Part shown: positions 46,344-56,342 of the stretch, piece by piece
Numbering within the stretch: the stretch's first letter is position 1
Layout: each line of letters opens with the position of its first letter
Source: an uncultured Bacilli bacterium
Lineage (GTDB): Bacteria > Bacillota_I > Bacilli_A > RF39 > UBA660
DNA: 56,342 nucleotides
NCBI GenBank assembly: GCA_944358625.1
Contig: CALVRL010000001.1
Span: 1 to 56,342 of the forward strand
Reading direction: 5' to 3'
Translations under genes and position numbers: made by a program
The notes under the pieces: generated by a model
Database searches by the model: none
The model's input: only the letters and a program-made list of their open reading frames with translations
What the model was told of the DNA's origin: nothing

Positions 46344-47399
46344 ATGGAACAAAGCGAAATAATAAGAATATTTTCAATGATTATAACGACATTTTTATTC
46401 GTTGTCATAATAATTCCATTTATCAAAAAAATAGCAATTCATGTAGGAGCATTAGACATACCAAACAAAAGAAAAGTACATAGCAAACCAATGCCAAGGC
46501 TAGGCGGTTTAGGAATATTTTTAGGATTTTTATTCGGATATATTTTATTCGGTGAACCAAGTAGTACCATGAATTCAATATTAATAGGAAGTTTTATAAT
46601 AGTATTAACAGGAGCAATAGATGATATAAAACCATTAAAAGCTTCAGTTAAATTTACAGCTCAATTAATGGCCGCCATAGTAGTAACATGTTATGGAAAA
46701 CTATTAATACAAGATATTACAGCTTTCGGATTATATTTAGATTTAGGAATATTTGCCTATCCTATTACCATTTTCTTTATATTAGGTTGTTTAAACTGTA
46801 TAAATTTAATAGATGGATTAGATGGATTAGCAGCAGGTATCAGTTCAATTTATTTTGCAACCATTGGTATAATAGCAATTATCATGGGAAAAACAGGATT
46901 AGATTTTGTTTTAACATTTATAATGTTAGGATCAGTTTTAGGATTTTTAGTTCATAATTTCCATCCAGCAAGTATATTTGCAGGAGATTCAGGATCCTTA
47001 TTTATGGGATTTATGATAGCAATCATCGCCTTACTTGGATTTAAAAGTGTTACCTTAACATCATTAATAATACCATTACTTATACTAGCAATACCAATAT
47101 TAGATACCGTATTTGCAATTATAAGAAGATTATTAAAAGGAGAAAAAATATCCAAACCAGACAAATCACATCTTCACCATCAATTATTGAACAAAAACTT
47201 TTCACATAAAGCAACCGTATTAATAATTTATGGAATAGATATTTTATTCGCAGCCGCATCAATTATATATGCACTGCACGACCCAAAACTAGGATACATC
47301 ATATATGCAGTGCTTACGGTAATAGTTATAATATTCGTATTAAAAACAGACATTATAGTCGATAAAGCAGCTTTCCACAAGAAACACAAAGAAAAATAA
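46344..47399 (+). CDS. tagO: glycosyltransferase family 4 (MraY/WecA/TagO-like) undecaprenyl-phosphate sugar-1-phosphate transferase
   Basis: NLIDGLDGLA and GDSGSLFMGF motifs, about 10 TM segments. The gene symbol is tentative. Confidence 0.85.
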   Translation: MEQSEIIRIFSMIITTFLFVVIIIPFIKKIAIHVGALDIPNKRKVHSKPMPRLGGLGIFLGFLFGYILFGEPSSTMNSILIGSFIIVLTGAIDDIKPLKASVKFTAQLMAAIVVTCYGKLLIQDITAFGLYLDLGIFAYPITIFFILGCLNCINLIDGLDGLAAGISSIYFATIGIIAIIMGKTGLDFVLTFIMLGSVLGFLVHNFHPASIFAGDSGSLFMGFMIAIIALLGFKSVTLTSLIIPLLILAIPILDTVFAIIRRLLKGEKISKPDKSHLHHQLLNKNFSHKATVLIIYGIDILFAAASIIYALHDPKLGYIIYAVLTVIVIIFVLKTDIIVDKAAFHKKHKEK

Positions 47400-47453
47400 T
47401 TATCAAAAAGTATAATTATTTTTTTTAATCCCATAATATAAATGGTGATTTAA

Positions 47454-48173
47454 GTGGGAAAAGAAATAATAGAAATTTTAGACGTTATTTTAAGATGTTT
47501 AATCTCTTTAGTAACATTATTTTTCGTAACCAAAATGATAGGAAAAAAACAAGTATCACAGTTCAGTTTATTTGACTATGTAATAGGAATATCTATAGGT
47601 AATTTTGCAGCCGAAATGGCTTTAAATTTAGATTCAGATTATATGCACGGAACAATAGCCGTTATCGTATTTGGTATAGTTGCCTATTTAGTATCCTTTA
47701 TAACATTAAAAAATTTAAAATTAAGAAGATTTTTCATAGGAGATCCCACAATTATCATAGAAGATGGGAAAATACTATACAAAAATTTAAAAAAAACAAA
47801 ATTCGATATCAACGATTTATTAGAAGAATGCCGTATAAACGGCTATTTTGATATATCACAAATAGATTATGCCCTAATGGAAGCAAATGGAAAAATAAGT
47901 TTTCTAGCCAAACCAGATTATCAAACACCAACAAATAAAGATTTAAAAATAAACAAACAAAAAACAGGTTTATGTGCGAACTTAATAATAGATGGAGAAA
48001 TTATCTATGAATCATTAAAAATAATGCACAAAGATAAAAAATGGTTGATGCATGAGATAAACATTAAAGGATATAAATTAGAAGACATCATTTTAGCAAC
48101 CCTAGATTTAGAAGAAACACTCAAAGTTTACGGAAAAAATGTCAATTCCAAAAGCTATGACATATTAAACTAG
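47454..48173 (+). CDS. DUF421 (YetF/YdfS-like) membrane protein
   Basis: N-terminal TM segments plus a soluble domain IIEDGKILYKNLKK...DLLEECR. GTG start lies 5 nt after GGTGA. Confidence 0.75.
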   Translation: MGKEIIEILDVILRCLISLVTLFFVTKMIGKKQVSQFSLFDYVIGISIGNFAAEMALNLDSDYMHGTIAVIVFGIVAYLVSFITLKNLKLRRFFIGDPTIIIEDGKILYKNLKKTKFDINDLLEECRINGYFDISQIDYALMEANGKISFLAKPDYQTPTNKDLKINKQKTGLCANLIIDGEIIYESLKIMHKDKKWLMHEINIKGYKLEDIILATLDLEETLKVYGKNVNSKSYDILN

Positions 48174-48215
48174 TAAATAAACAAAATAACTGATATAATT
48201 ACTTAGGTGATAAAA

Positions 48216-48656
48216 ATGAGACACTTTTGCGCGTCAGCTTACATAATTAATCCAGAAAACAAAAAACTATTATTAGTAAAACACAAAAAATATAACAAAT
48301 GGCTTCAACCAGGAGGACACATCGAAGATAATGAAACACCAGAAGAAGCCGCAACAAGAGAAGTATACGAAGAAACTGGAATAAAGTCAACATTAATAGG
48401 TGAGCACTTTCCAAGAGAAGACGATTTAATAAGACCACTCGGAATACAATACAATAGAAAAGATAATGGGGATAGAATGGTAGACATAGTTTATCTAGGT
48501 AAGCCAAATAATCCAAATGAAGAGTTAAAAGTAAGTGATGAAAGTAATGATATTGGTTGGTTTTCAAGACACGATCTAGAAGAAATGTCAGTATTTCCAG
48601 ATGTTAAAATAACATTTGACTATATTTTAAGGACATATTTTGCACAAAATGATTAA
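48216..48656 (+). CDS. NUDIX hydrolase
   Basis: Nudix box GGHIEDNETPEEAATREVYEETGI. ATG at 48216 lies 5 nt after GGTGA. Confidence 0.85.
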   Translation: MRHFCASAYIINPENKKLLLVKHKKYNKWLQPGGHIEDNETPEEAATREVYEETGIKSTLIGEHFPREDDLIRPLGIQYNRKDNGDRMVDIVYLGKPNNPNEELKVSDESNDIGWFSRHDLEEMSVFPDVKITFDYILRTYFAQND

Positions 48657-49209
48657 AATAGAAAACAAAAAAGCTTTAGATAAATTTTATCATAGGCTCT
48701 TTTTTTATAAACATTGTAAAAATATAGAAACAAATTACAAAGAATTAAAACCAATTATCAAAGCTATAAATATTAAAAAAAGAAAAGAAAAAATCACTTA
48801 CATATATGATGAAGCATGTAAACAAATAGATAATCATTATAAAAATAAAGACATATGCGGCTTTAAAAATAACAAATGTTATGTTCAGCAAAAACTAAAT
48901 AACGGTAATATTAATGGGTGCTGTAGAATGTGCATATATCAAAGTACGAAAGGATGCATGACAAAAAATTTAACCTGCAAATTATTTACCTGTTCAGAAG
49001 TAGAAAAAAGATGTAAGATAATCAAATTTGATGATTTAAAAATATTAAAGCTCCTATCATTTAGAAATAGATTAATTTTAAAACACGATTATTTTTCAAA
49101 AAGAGAAGATGTCATTAACGATTTATATTATGGAAGCATAATTCTATGGACATTAAGAATAATTATCAGACTAATAAATAACTTTTATACATTAAAATAT
49201 AAGAAATAG
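48649..49209 (+). CDS. hypothetical Cys-cluster protein with C-terminal hydrophobic helix
   Basis: ATG at 48649 overlaps the NUDIX stop by 8 nt (the track uses TTG at 48640). Eight Cys lie within ~47 aa: CGFKNNKC...GCCRMC...GC...LTCKLFTC. Confidence 0.5.
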   Translation: MIKIENKKALDKFYHRLFFYKHCKNIETNYKELKPIIKAINIKKRKEKITYIYDEACKQIDNHYKNKDICGFKNNKCYVQQKLNNGNINGCCRMCIYQSTKGCMTKNLTCKLFTCSEVEKRCKIIKFDDLKILKLLSFRNRLILKHDYFSKREDVINDLYYGSIILWTLRIIIRLINNFYTLKYKK

Positions 49210-49274
49210 CAAAGTATTTACAATTAAAAACAATAGTGCTATAATTAACCGAGTGACGAAAAGAGGGAGTATTT

Positions 49275-51092
49275 ATGAAACAAAGAAATATTGCAATTAT
49301 AGCTCACGTTGACCATGGAAAAACAACATTAGTCGATCAGTTATTAAAACAGTCTGGAACATTTAGAGATAATGAAACAGTAGTTAAAAGAGTTATGGAT
49401 TCTAACGATTTAGAAAGAGAAAGAGGAATAACAATTTTAGCTAAAACTACAGCCATCAATTACAAAGGGTACAAAATAAATATATTAGATACACCAGGAC
49501 ATGCAGATTTTGGCGGTGAAGTAGAAAGAATAATGAATATGGTAGATGGTGTTTTATTAGTAGTAGACGCCTATGAAGGAACAATGCCACAAACAAGATT
49601 TGTTCTAAAAAAAGCCTTAGCCGCAGGAGTAACCCCAATAGTAGTTGTAAATAAAATAGATAAACCATCCGCTAGACCAAGTGAAGTAGTAGACGAAGTT
49701 ATGGATTTATTTATAGAACTAGGTGCATCAATAGAACAGTTAGAATTTCCAGTATTATACGCATCCGCATTAAATGGAACATCAAGTACATCACCAGATA
49801 TAAACACCCAAGAAAACACAATGGATCCAATATTAGATGCTGTTATTGAAAATATACCAGAGCCAAACGTTGACGAAAATGGACCATTCCAATTTCAACC
49901 CGCCTTATTAGACTATAATGACTTTGTCGGAAGAATAGGAATAGGAGTAGTAAAAAGAGGACATATCAAAGTAAATTCAATGGTTACCTGTATGAGACTA
50001 GACGGAACAAAAAAACAATTTAGAATTCAAAAAATATTTGGTTATTTAGGATTAAATAAAATAGAAGTTGAAGTCGCACATGCAGGAGATATAGTAGCCA
50101 TTGCAGGACTTCCAGATATATCAGTAGGAGAAACAGTATGTGAAATAGGCCATGAAGAGGCCCTAGAACCATTAAGAATAGATGAACCAACTTTACAAAT
50201 GACATTTGGAGTAAATACAAGTCCATTCAGTGGTAAAGATGGTAAATTTTTAACCGCCAGACAAATAGAAGATAGATTAATGAAAGAAACAGAAAAAGAC
50301 GTATCTTTAAAAGTTAAACAAATAGATTCAGAGTCTTGGATGGTATCAGGTAGAGGAGAATTACATCTATCAATATTAATAGAAACAATGCGCAGAGAAG
50401 GATACGAAATAGAAGTATCAAAACCAGAAATAATTATTAAAGAGATAGACGCAGTTAAATGTGAACCATATGAAGAAGTAGAAATAGAAGTTCCAGAAGA
50501 ATATGTAGGACCAGTTATCGAATCATTAGGAAATCGTGGTGGAAATATGGAAAACATGCATCCATTTGGTGATCAAACAAAATTATTATATACAATTCCA
50601 TCAAGAGGACTAATTGGTTTTACTACAGAATTTATGACATTAACAAAAGGATATGGAATATTATCACATGCTTTTAAATCCTATGAACCAATGTCAACAA
50701 GCAACATAGGAGAAAGAAAAGCCGGAGTTTTAGTATCAATAGATAATGGAAAAGCAACCGCATATGCTTTAGGATCATTAGAAGATAGAGGAATTATGTT
50801 TATTGAACCAGGAACAGAAGTATATGAAGGAATGATAGTAGGAGAAAACAACCATGAAAACGATTTAGCTGTTAATGTTACCAAAGGAAAACAATTAACC
50901 AATACAAGAAGTGCGACTAAAGATCATACAGTAGTATTAAAAAGACCAAGAGAGATGAGTCTAGAAGTATGTTTAGACTATATAAATGAAGATGAATTAG
51001 TCGAAGTTACACCTTTAAATTATAGGTTAAGAAAGAAAATATTAAATACAAACGAAAGAAAAAAATATGAAAATAAGAAAAATCCAAAATAA
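49275..51092 (+). CDS. typA: translational GTPase TypA/BipA
   Basis: [21 protein letters not shown] and NKID motifs, 605 aa. Confidence 0.96.
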   Translation: MKQRNIAIIAHVDHGKTTLVDQLLKQSGTFRDNETVVKRVMDSNDLERERGITILAKTTAINYKGYKINILDTPGHADFGGEVERIMNMVDGVLLVVDAYEGTMPQTRFVLKKALAAGVTPIVVVNKIDKPSARPSEVVDEVMDLFIELGASIEQLEFPVLYASALNGTSSTSPDINTQENTMDPILDAVIENIPEPNVDENGPFQFQPALLDYNDFVGRIGIGVVKRGHIKVNSMVTCMRLDGTKKQFRIQKIFGYLGLNKIEVEVAHAGDIVAIAGLPDISVGETVCEIGHEEALEPLRIDEPTLQMTFGVNTSPFSGKDGKFLTARQIEDRLMKETEKDVSLKVKQIDSESWMVSGRGELHLSILIETMRREGYEIEVSKPEIIIKEIDAVKCEPYEEVEIEVPEEYVGPVIESLGNRGGNMENMHPFGDQTKLLYTIPSRGLIGFTTEFMTLTKGYGILSHAFKSYEPMSTSNIGERKAGVLVSIDNGKATAYALGSLEDRGIMFIEPGTEVYEGMIVGENNHENDLAVNVTKGKQLTNTRSATKDHTVVLKRPREMSLEVCLDYINEDELVEVTPLNYRLRKKILNTNERKKYENKKNPK

Positions 51093-51116
51093 AATCTCGA
51101 TAAGAGATTTTATTTT
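51091..51116. terminator. bidirectional intrinsic terminator between the convergent typA and lipoprotein genes
   Basis: AAAATCTC-GATAA-GAGATTTT with T-runs on both strands. Confidence 0.65.
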
Positions 51117-51775
51117 GCTATTAAATTAGTTTTAAATTCTAATTTTTCATCATCGTAAAAAGGAATAATTGAAAAAGTATATCCATATTCATTTTTAAAA
51201 GAAATTCTAATATCAGGATTATCATAATCAATAGTTTTTCTAATAATGACCTTATCACCAACATCTTTTAAAGTGTAAAGTAAATCTATATCCGTATATT
51301 TGTCATTATTAATCTCAATTTCATTAATTTTCAAATTACTTACCTTTTTACCAAAGTTAATAACTATATAATTAGAAGTCTTATCTAACAAAATAGTATC
51401 ATCATCGTTATTAGATTCATAATTTTTCATATAATCTATAGTAAAAAAATCTTTATCAGTATACTTTTTAGTCAAATCTTGTAAATAAGTGTTAAGCTTG
51501 TCATTTTTAGAACTTTTATCACCATATTTTATATTTTCATTATCTAAAGAAAAATAATAAATATCTTTAGTAGTCTTAATAGTAAGTTTATTAACCAAAT
51601 CCTTATCTTCATTTTTATTATAATCTATATTAATTAAATCAATAACTTTATCATAATCTTTTGAATTAATTAAAACATCATTATATTTTATTTCCGTAAT
51701 TTTACCTTTGATTTCCAAGTTTTTTGAGCACCCACATAAACAAAGAAAAATAAATAAAATAATTATTTTGCGCAT
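51110..51775 (-). CDS. hypothetical lipoprotein
   Basis: Signal peptide with lipobox LCLCGC. The mature part is Asn/Asp/Lys-rich. Confidence 0.7.
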   Translation of the reverse strand: MRKIIILFIFLCLCGCSKNLEIKGKITEIKYNDVLINSKDYDKVIDLINIDYNKNEDKDLVNKLTIKTTKDIYYFSLDNENIKYGDKSSKNDKLNTYLQDLTKKYTDKDFFTIDYMKNYESNNDDDTILLDKTSNYIVINFGKKVSNLKINEIEINNDKYTDIDLLYTLKDVGDKVIIRKTIDYDNPDIRISFKNEYGYTFSIIPFYDDEKLEFKTNLIAK

Positions 51776-51865
51776 AATAAATCACCTAACTTTATTATGC
51801 TTTTTTTTAAACAAAAAATACTTTTAAAATTATAATGTATAAAAAAACACATTAGAATTAAACAT

Positions 51866-52426
51866 CTAACGCGTTTTCATTTTTAAATAATAATCTCTTA
51901 ACTCTTTAAATCTCTGATAGTGAACAATTTCCCTTTCCCTTAAAAAAGATAGAGGAGCTAAAATATCAGGATCATCAGTCAAATCCATCAAATGTTCATA
52001 AGTAGCTCTAGCTCTTTGTTCAGCTCCCATATTACTTTCAATATCAGCAATATAGTCACCTGCTACTTTGATATATGTCATATTAAATGGATTACCAAAA
52101 CTATCTGATGGAAATAAATCCATGCCAAACTGCGCATACTGTCCATCTAAACCAGCCTCTTTTAATTCTTCTTTAGTCGCATCTTTCATAAGTTGATAAA
52201 GCATAGCAGAAATAATTTCCACATGAGCAAGTTCTTCAGTACCAATATCTGTTAGTAATGCTTTTCCCCTATCATCAGGCATAATATATCTTTGATCCAA
52301 ATATTGCCACGCAGCCGCAAGTTCACCAGCTGGTCCACCATACTGCGTTAAAATACATTTAGCCATTTTTAAATTTTTCTTCTTAATATTTACAGGATAC
52401 TGTAATTTTTTTTCATATTTCCACAT
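51866..52426 (-). CDS. cotJC: spore coat protein CotJC (manganese-catalase/ferritin-like)
   Basis: GGPAGELAAAWQYLDQ, EELAHVE and REREIVHYQRF motifs. Confidence 0.88.
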   Translation of the reverse strand: MWKYEKKLQYPVNIKKKNLKMAKCILTQYGGPAGELAAAWQYLDQRYIMPDDRGKALLTDIGTEELAHVEIISAMLYQLMKDATKEELKEAGLDGQYAQFGMDLFPSDSFGNPFNMTYIKVAGDYIADIESNMGAEQRARATYEHLMDLTDDPDILAPLSFLREREIVHYQRFKELRDYYLKMKTR

Positions 52427-52435
52427 ATAAACCTC

Positions 52436-52942
52436 CTACCTATTTTCCCAAGGCCAAGGTTCATTATTCCAAGACCAAGGATATCCTTCATTAGAATTTA
52501 CAAAAATAGGACCAAATTTACTTTCGTATTCATTAATGATTTTTTTAGAATCCGCACTGAATTCATTATATAAATCAATCATGGCCTTATCATCAGGATG
52601 TGTATCCAAATATAAATTGAGATCATGTGCCGCAAAGCAGTAAGCATTAACCTTATTTAAAAGTTCATTTCTCTCATTATCACCCTTAACGTCGTATGGT
52701 CTACTTAATTTATATTGATTAAATAGATTAGGAAACATATTTCCTCTAATAAAACCATTATAAACATCATACAGATTATCAGGATTAATTTTACCGTCAA
52801 AACCACATTTATTAAAATTCATATTATCACCAGCTTGTTTACTAAGTTTCATACTTAGCTCATTAACATTTCCAGGTTTAATAGCTTCAGGATAAGCCAT
52901 CATAAATTCATTAGGAAACATATTATTAATATAGTTATTCAT
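52436..52942 (-). CDS. cotJB: CotJA-CotJB fusion-like spore coat protein
   Basis: N-terminal part has the CotJA-like FIRGNMFPNL. C-terminal part has the CotJB-like NAYCFAAHDLNLYLDTHPDD...YESKFGP. It lies directly upstream of cotJC. Confidence 0.7.
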   Translation of the reverse strand: MNNYINNMFPNEFMMAYPEAIKPGNVNELSMKLSKQAGDNMNFNKCGFDGKINPDNLYDVYNGFIRGNMFPNLFNQYKLSRPYDVKGDNERNELLNKVNAYCFAAHDLNLYLDTHPDDKAMIDLYNEFSADSKKIINEYESKFGPIFVNSNEGYPWSWNNEPWPWENR

Positions 52943-53050
52943 CTAATCTTCCCCTTCCAAAATATACTATGAATATTTTTATTCAAAGTATAGGCTAAAA
53001 ACTTGTAATTATAAAAAAACTTTAGTATGATAAATAATTGAGGTGATTCT

Positions 53051-56000
53051 ATGCGACTTTATGACAAAGTAATAAGAATATGTGGAACAACAGATTTTAT
53101 GAAAGGTTTAAATTATCAAGCAAACAAAATAAAATTAATTAAAACCATAGACGATGAAAATTATAGAAGAGCATATTTCAATATCACTTCAGAAAGAATC
53201 AGTAAAGATTACAAAGTAGAAGTTTTAGTAGATAAAGATGATGAAAGCATAGAAGATTTTTTTTGTACATGTCCTCAATATGAAAAAATGGATACCTGTA
53301 AACATGTTGCCGCATGTATTTTAAAATATGAAGATGCTTTATTTAATGATGAAGAAATAGATGAAAAAGAATATCAGTTAAATCTAGGAAGTCAAATATT
53401 AAACAAATTTTATAAACCAAAAACTAATAATATAAAAAAGAAATTAAATTTAGAAGTAATATTAGAAAAAGCAGACAGTTATTATTATGATAACTATTTA
53501 AAAGTAACATATAAACTAGGTTTAGATAGAATGTATACTTTAAATAACAAATACCACAATTTTATGTATGCTTATTCACAAAATAGATCATACAAATTAT
53601 CTACTAAATTTACCTATGATCCATCAGAATATTTTTTAGATAAAATAGACAAAGAAATATTAGATTTTAACATTCATATATTCCAAAGAGGATATTATGA
53701 ATGTATTATAAGAGAAAACGATATAGATGGATTTATGGAAACACTAAAAGACAAAGACTATACCATGTATGGAAATACTTATCATGGATACTATGAAGAA
53801 AATCCATTTAAAATAAATTTAACAAAAGAAGGAGAAGATTATCATCTATCCATTGATAATATAAAAGAAATTGATCAACTAATAGAAAATAAAAATTATT
53901 TTTATGATAGTAAAAAAATATACAAAGTAGATGAAAATATCCTTAAATTATATCAAGTTTTAGAAAATAACGATATAGATAATTTTATCTTTTCTAAAAA
54001 AGATTTAGGAAAATTTACAGGAGGTCTACTTTCACTTTTAAAAGAAAATATTCATCTAGCAGACAATATAACAGAAATAACATTGCCAACGGCCCCTAAA
54101 GCAAAACTATATTTTGATTTTTATTATAGCGCCATTGAATGTCAAATAAAATTAACCTACGGCAATAAAGAGATAGACTATTTTTCAAAAGATCCTAGTA
54201 TAGCCCGTGATAACGAATATGAAAGTAACATAATCCAAAAATTATCAGAATTTGGCTATAGTGTAAATGAAATGCATATAGTATTAGAAGATATAGACGA
54301 AATAGGAGAATTTTTAGAAAAAGGAATATATGAAATAAGTGAAGAATATGAAGTATTTACCTCTAAAAAAATAAAAGATACAAACATTATAAAACAAACA
54401 CAAAATAGCGTATCATTCTCTATTGGAAAAGATAACATATTATCATATAATTTTAATTTAGACGGTATTGATCAAAAAGAATTAAACGAAGTTTTAACAT
54501 CTTTAAAAACAAAGAAACATTATCATAGACTAAAAAATGGAAATATAATCGATTTAATGAAAGATACCAACTTACAAGAGCTAGGAGAAATCACAGAAAA
54601 TTTAGATTTAACAAAAAAGGAAATTACAGAAGGCGAAGGAACAATACCAAAATTTAGAGCCTTATATTTAGATAGTTTAAAACAAAACTACCATAATTTG
54701 ATAAATACAAATGAAAATTTCAACAATTTAATCAATCAATTTTTAACATACAAAGATAAAGAAATATCTTTAGATAAAAAAGAACTAAAAGTATTAAGAG
54801 ATTATCAATTAACAGGAGTTAAATGGCTATACAATATATATAAATCAGGCTTTGGAGGAATACTAGCAGATGAAATGGGGCTAGGAAAATCAGTACAGTT
54901 AATATATTTATGTAAATTAATAATAAAAGAAAATCCAAAGTCAAAAATATTAATCATCACCCCTACATCACTTGTTTATAACTGGCAAAAAGAATTTGAT
55001 AAATTCGGCTCAGAATTAAAATATAAAGTATTTGCTGAAAACAAAACACAAAGATTAAACGAATTAGAAAATATAAGTGATATAAATATTTTAATTACAA
55101 CATATGGTTTAGTTAGAAATGATTTAGATAAATATAAAGAAATACCATTTGAACTAGTAGCCATAGATGAAGCCCAAAATATCAAAAATCCAAATACAGG
55201 AATATCTAAAGCAGTTAAGAGTTTAAATGCTAATGTCAAGTTTGCTCTAACCGGAACGCCAATTGAAAATAGTCTAATAGAACTTTGGAGTATATTTGAT
55301 TTTATAATGCCAGGCTATCTAGCAAGTCGTGACAGATTTAATTCACTATATAGTGTTAAAGATATGGATAAAGAAGATAGTAATTTAAATAGGCTAAATA
55401 CTCAAATAAAATACTTTATTTTAAGAAGAAAGAAAAAAGATGTAGTTAAAGATTTACCTGATAAATTAGAAAATAATATCTATATTGAATTAGGCAAAAC
55501 CCAAAAAAAAGTATATATGGCAGAAGTGCAAAAAACGAAAGAAGAATTAGATGAGTTGATAAAATTAGAAGGATGGAGTAAAGCCAGATTTAAAATCTTA
55601 CAGTTACTTACTAAACTAAGACAAATTTGTATAGATCCATCGATTATATTTGATAATTATAAAGGTGAAAGTGCAAAAATAGATGAACTTTTAAAAATAG
55701 TGGAAGAAACCAAAGCCAATGGTCATAAGATGTTAATATTTACAACATATAAAAAAGCCTTAGACTTAATTATTCCAAAATTAAATAACATAGGAATTTC
55801 TTCATATTATATAGATGGATCAGTATCTTCTAAAAAAAGAATGGAATTAGTTGAAAAATTCAATAATGATAATACTGATGTCTTCATTATAACCCTAAAA
55901 GCCGGAGGAACAGGTTTAAACTTAACATCTGCAACAGTTGTTATACATTTAGATTTATGGTGGAATCCACAAACCGAAAATCAAGCAACTGATAGAGCTC

Positions 56001-56200
56001 ATAGAATTGGCCAAAAAAACACAGTAGAAGTTATTAGATTAATTACCAAAGGAACTATAGAAGAAAGAATTCTAGAACTACAAAACAAAAAAAGAAAATT
56101 AGCAGAATTATTAATTGATAATGAAAATAGTAACGAGAACAACTTTTCTAAACTTACAGAAGATGATATTAAAATGTTGCTATCTATGGATAATGAGTAA
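53051..56200 (+). CDS. SNF2-family helicase with N-terminal SWIM zinc finger (YwqA-like)
   Basis: SWIM CTCPQYEKMDTCKHVAAC. SNF2 motifs ILADEMGLGKS, DEAQNIKN and LTGTPIEN, with helicase-C QATDRAHRIGQ. Confidence 0.9.
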   Translation: MRLYDKVIRICGTTDFMKGLNYQANKIKLIKTIDDENYRRAYFNITSERISKDYKVEVLVDKDDESIEDFFCTCPQYEKMDTCKHVAACILKYEDALFNDEEIDEKEYQLNLGSQILNKFYKPKTNNIKKKLNLEVILEKADSYYYDNYLKVTYKLGLDRMYTLNNKYHNFMYAYSQNRSYKLSTKFTYDPSEYFLDKIDKEILDFNIHIFQRGYYECIIRENDIDGFMETLKDKDYTMYGNTYHGYYEENPFKINLTKEGEDYHLSIDNIKEIDQLIENKNYFYDSKKIYKVDENILKLYQVLENNDIDNFIFSKKDLGKFTGGLLSLLKENIHLADNITEITLPTAPKAKLYFDFYYSAIECQIKLTYGNKEIDYFSKDPSIARDNEYESNIIQKLSEFGYSVNEMHIVLEDIDEIGEFLEKGIYEISEEYEVFTSKKIKDTNIIKQTQNSVSFSIGKDNILSYNFNLDGIDQKELNEVLTSLKTKKHYHRLKNGNIIDLMKDTNLQELGEITENLDLTKKEITEGEGTIPKFRALYLDSLKQNYHNLINTNENFNNLINQFLTYKDKEISLDKKELKVLRDYQLTGVKWLYNIYKSGFGGILADEMGLGKSVQLIYLCKLIIKENPKSKILIITPTSLVYNWQKEFDKFGSELKYKVFAENKTQRLNELENISDINILITTYGLVRNDLDKYKEIPFELVAIDEAQNIKNPNTGISKAVKSLNANVKFALTGTPIENSLIELWSIFDFIMPGYLASRDRFNSLYSVKDMDKEDSNLNRLNTQIKYFILRRKKKDVVKDLPDKLENNIYIELGKTQKKVYMAEVQKTKEELDELIKLEGWSKARFKILQLLTKLRQICIDPSIIFDNYKGESAKIDELLKIVEETKANGHKMLIFTTYKKALDLIIPKLNNIGISSYYIDGSVSSKKRMELVEKFNNDNTDVFIITLKAGGTGLNLTSATVVIHLDLWWNPQTENQATDRAHRIGQKNTVEVIRLITKGTIEERILELQNKKRKLAELLIDNENSNENNFSKLTEDDIKMLLSMDNE

Positions 56201-56227
56201 TATTTTAGACAAATCATACAAAATTAC

Positions 56228-56256
56228 TTGAAAAAAGGCGGATTTATTGATAAAAT
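56228..56256 (+). promoter_or_regulatory. sigma-A promoter for the tRNA gene(s)
   Basis: TTGAAA (56228-56233), 17-nt spacer, TAAAAT (56251-56256), 19 nt before the tRNA 5' end. Confidence 0.5.
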
Positions 56257-56274
56257 ATATTTGTCTTTTCAAAT

Positions 56275-56342
56275 GGCGGAATTGGTGAAGTGGTTAACAC
56301 GGCGGATTGTGGTTCCGTTATGCATCGGTTCGATCCCGATAT
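56275..56342 (+). tRNA. tRNA-His (GTG), 3' end truncated by the window edge
   Basis: Hand-folded cloverleaf. Extra G-1 before acceptor GCGGAAT, anticodon stem GCGGA/TCCGT with loop TTGTGGT (anticodon GTG), and T-arm ATCGG-TTCGATC-CCGAT. Confidence 0.8.

Noticed and set aside
46688-46957. 89-aa same-strand alternative-frame ORF inside the tagO/wecA-like gene
   Set aside because: It is an out-of-frame overlap with a gene carrying clear MraY/WecA motifs. The translation is Arg/Tyr/Phe-rich nonsense.
1-56342. Scan for CRISPR arrays, IS elements or transposases, integrases, prophage genes, rRNA operons and group II introns
   Set aside because: I saw no regularly spaced repeats beyond the two short repeats reported, no transposase- or integrase-like ORFs, and no rRNA-like sequence.

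Overview
This is a very AT-rich chromosomal segment from a low-GC, spore-forming Firmicute (Clostridia/Erysipelotrichia-like). All calls rest on by-eye motif recognition; no searches were run. Most of the window is origin-proximal housekeeping in conserved Firmicute order: pth-mfd, spoVT, a Met T-box leader driving dut/orphan/metG, tatD, rsmA, ung, tilS-ftsH, soj-spo0J, mscS, DUF951, ychF, rpsF-ssb-rpsR, rpiB, spoIID, a spoIIQ-like gene, mreB/mbl, tagO/wecA-like, typA, cotJ genes, a SWIM-SNF2 helicase, and a truncated tRNA-His at the 3' edge.

Four accessory patches interrupt this order:
- 3.8-7.2 kb: an orphan AAA ATPase preceded by a duplicated 40-bp element, plus a CBS-type family II pyrophosphatase.
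- 12.9-18.8 kb: a VanY-like carboxypeptidase with a VanRS-like two-component system, followed by the locus described below.
- 26.8-32.4 kb: nitroreductase, a small GNAT coupled to a 681-aa protein with a ParB/Srx-like C-terminus, a tandem-HTH XRE regulator, a secreted beta-helix protein and two small coupled genes.
- 48.6-49.2 kb: a Cys-cluster protein.

The strongest candidate for an undescribed system is at 15.3-18.2 kb. A divergent LysR regulator faces a GNAT::radical-SAM/SPASM fusion enzyme. That enzyme is translationally coupled to an unannotated 48-codon ORF, below the ORF-track cutoff, whose C-terminus is DCNCVDSDCSTETYEY (CX3D, CX3D, CX3T). A hairpin terminator follows. This looks like a compact RiPP locus with an unusual maturase architecture.

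I saw no CRISPR array, transposase, integrase or rRNA. Most minus-strand ORFs in the track that lie antisense to strong genes are AT-rich shadow ORFs.
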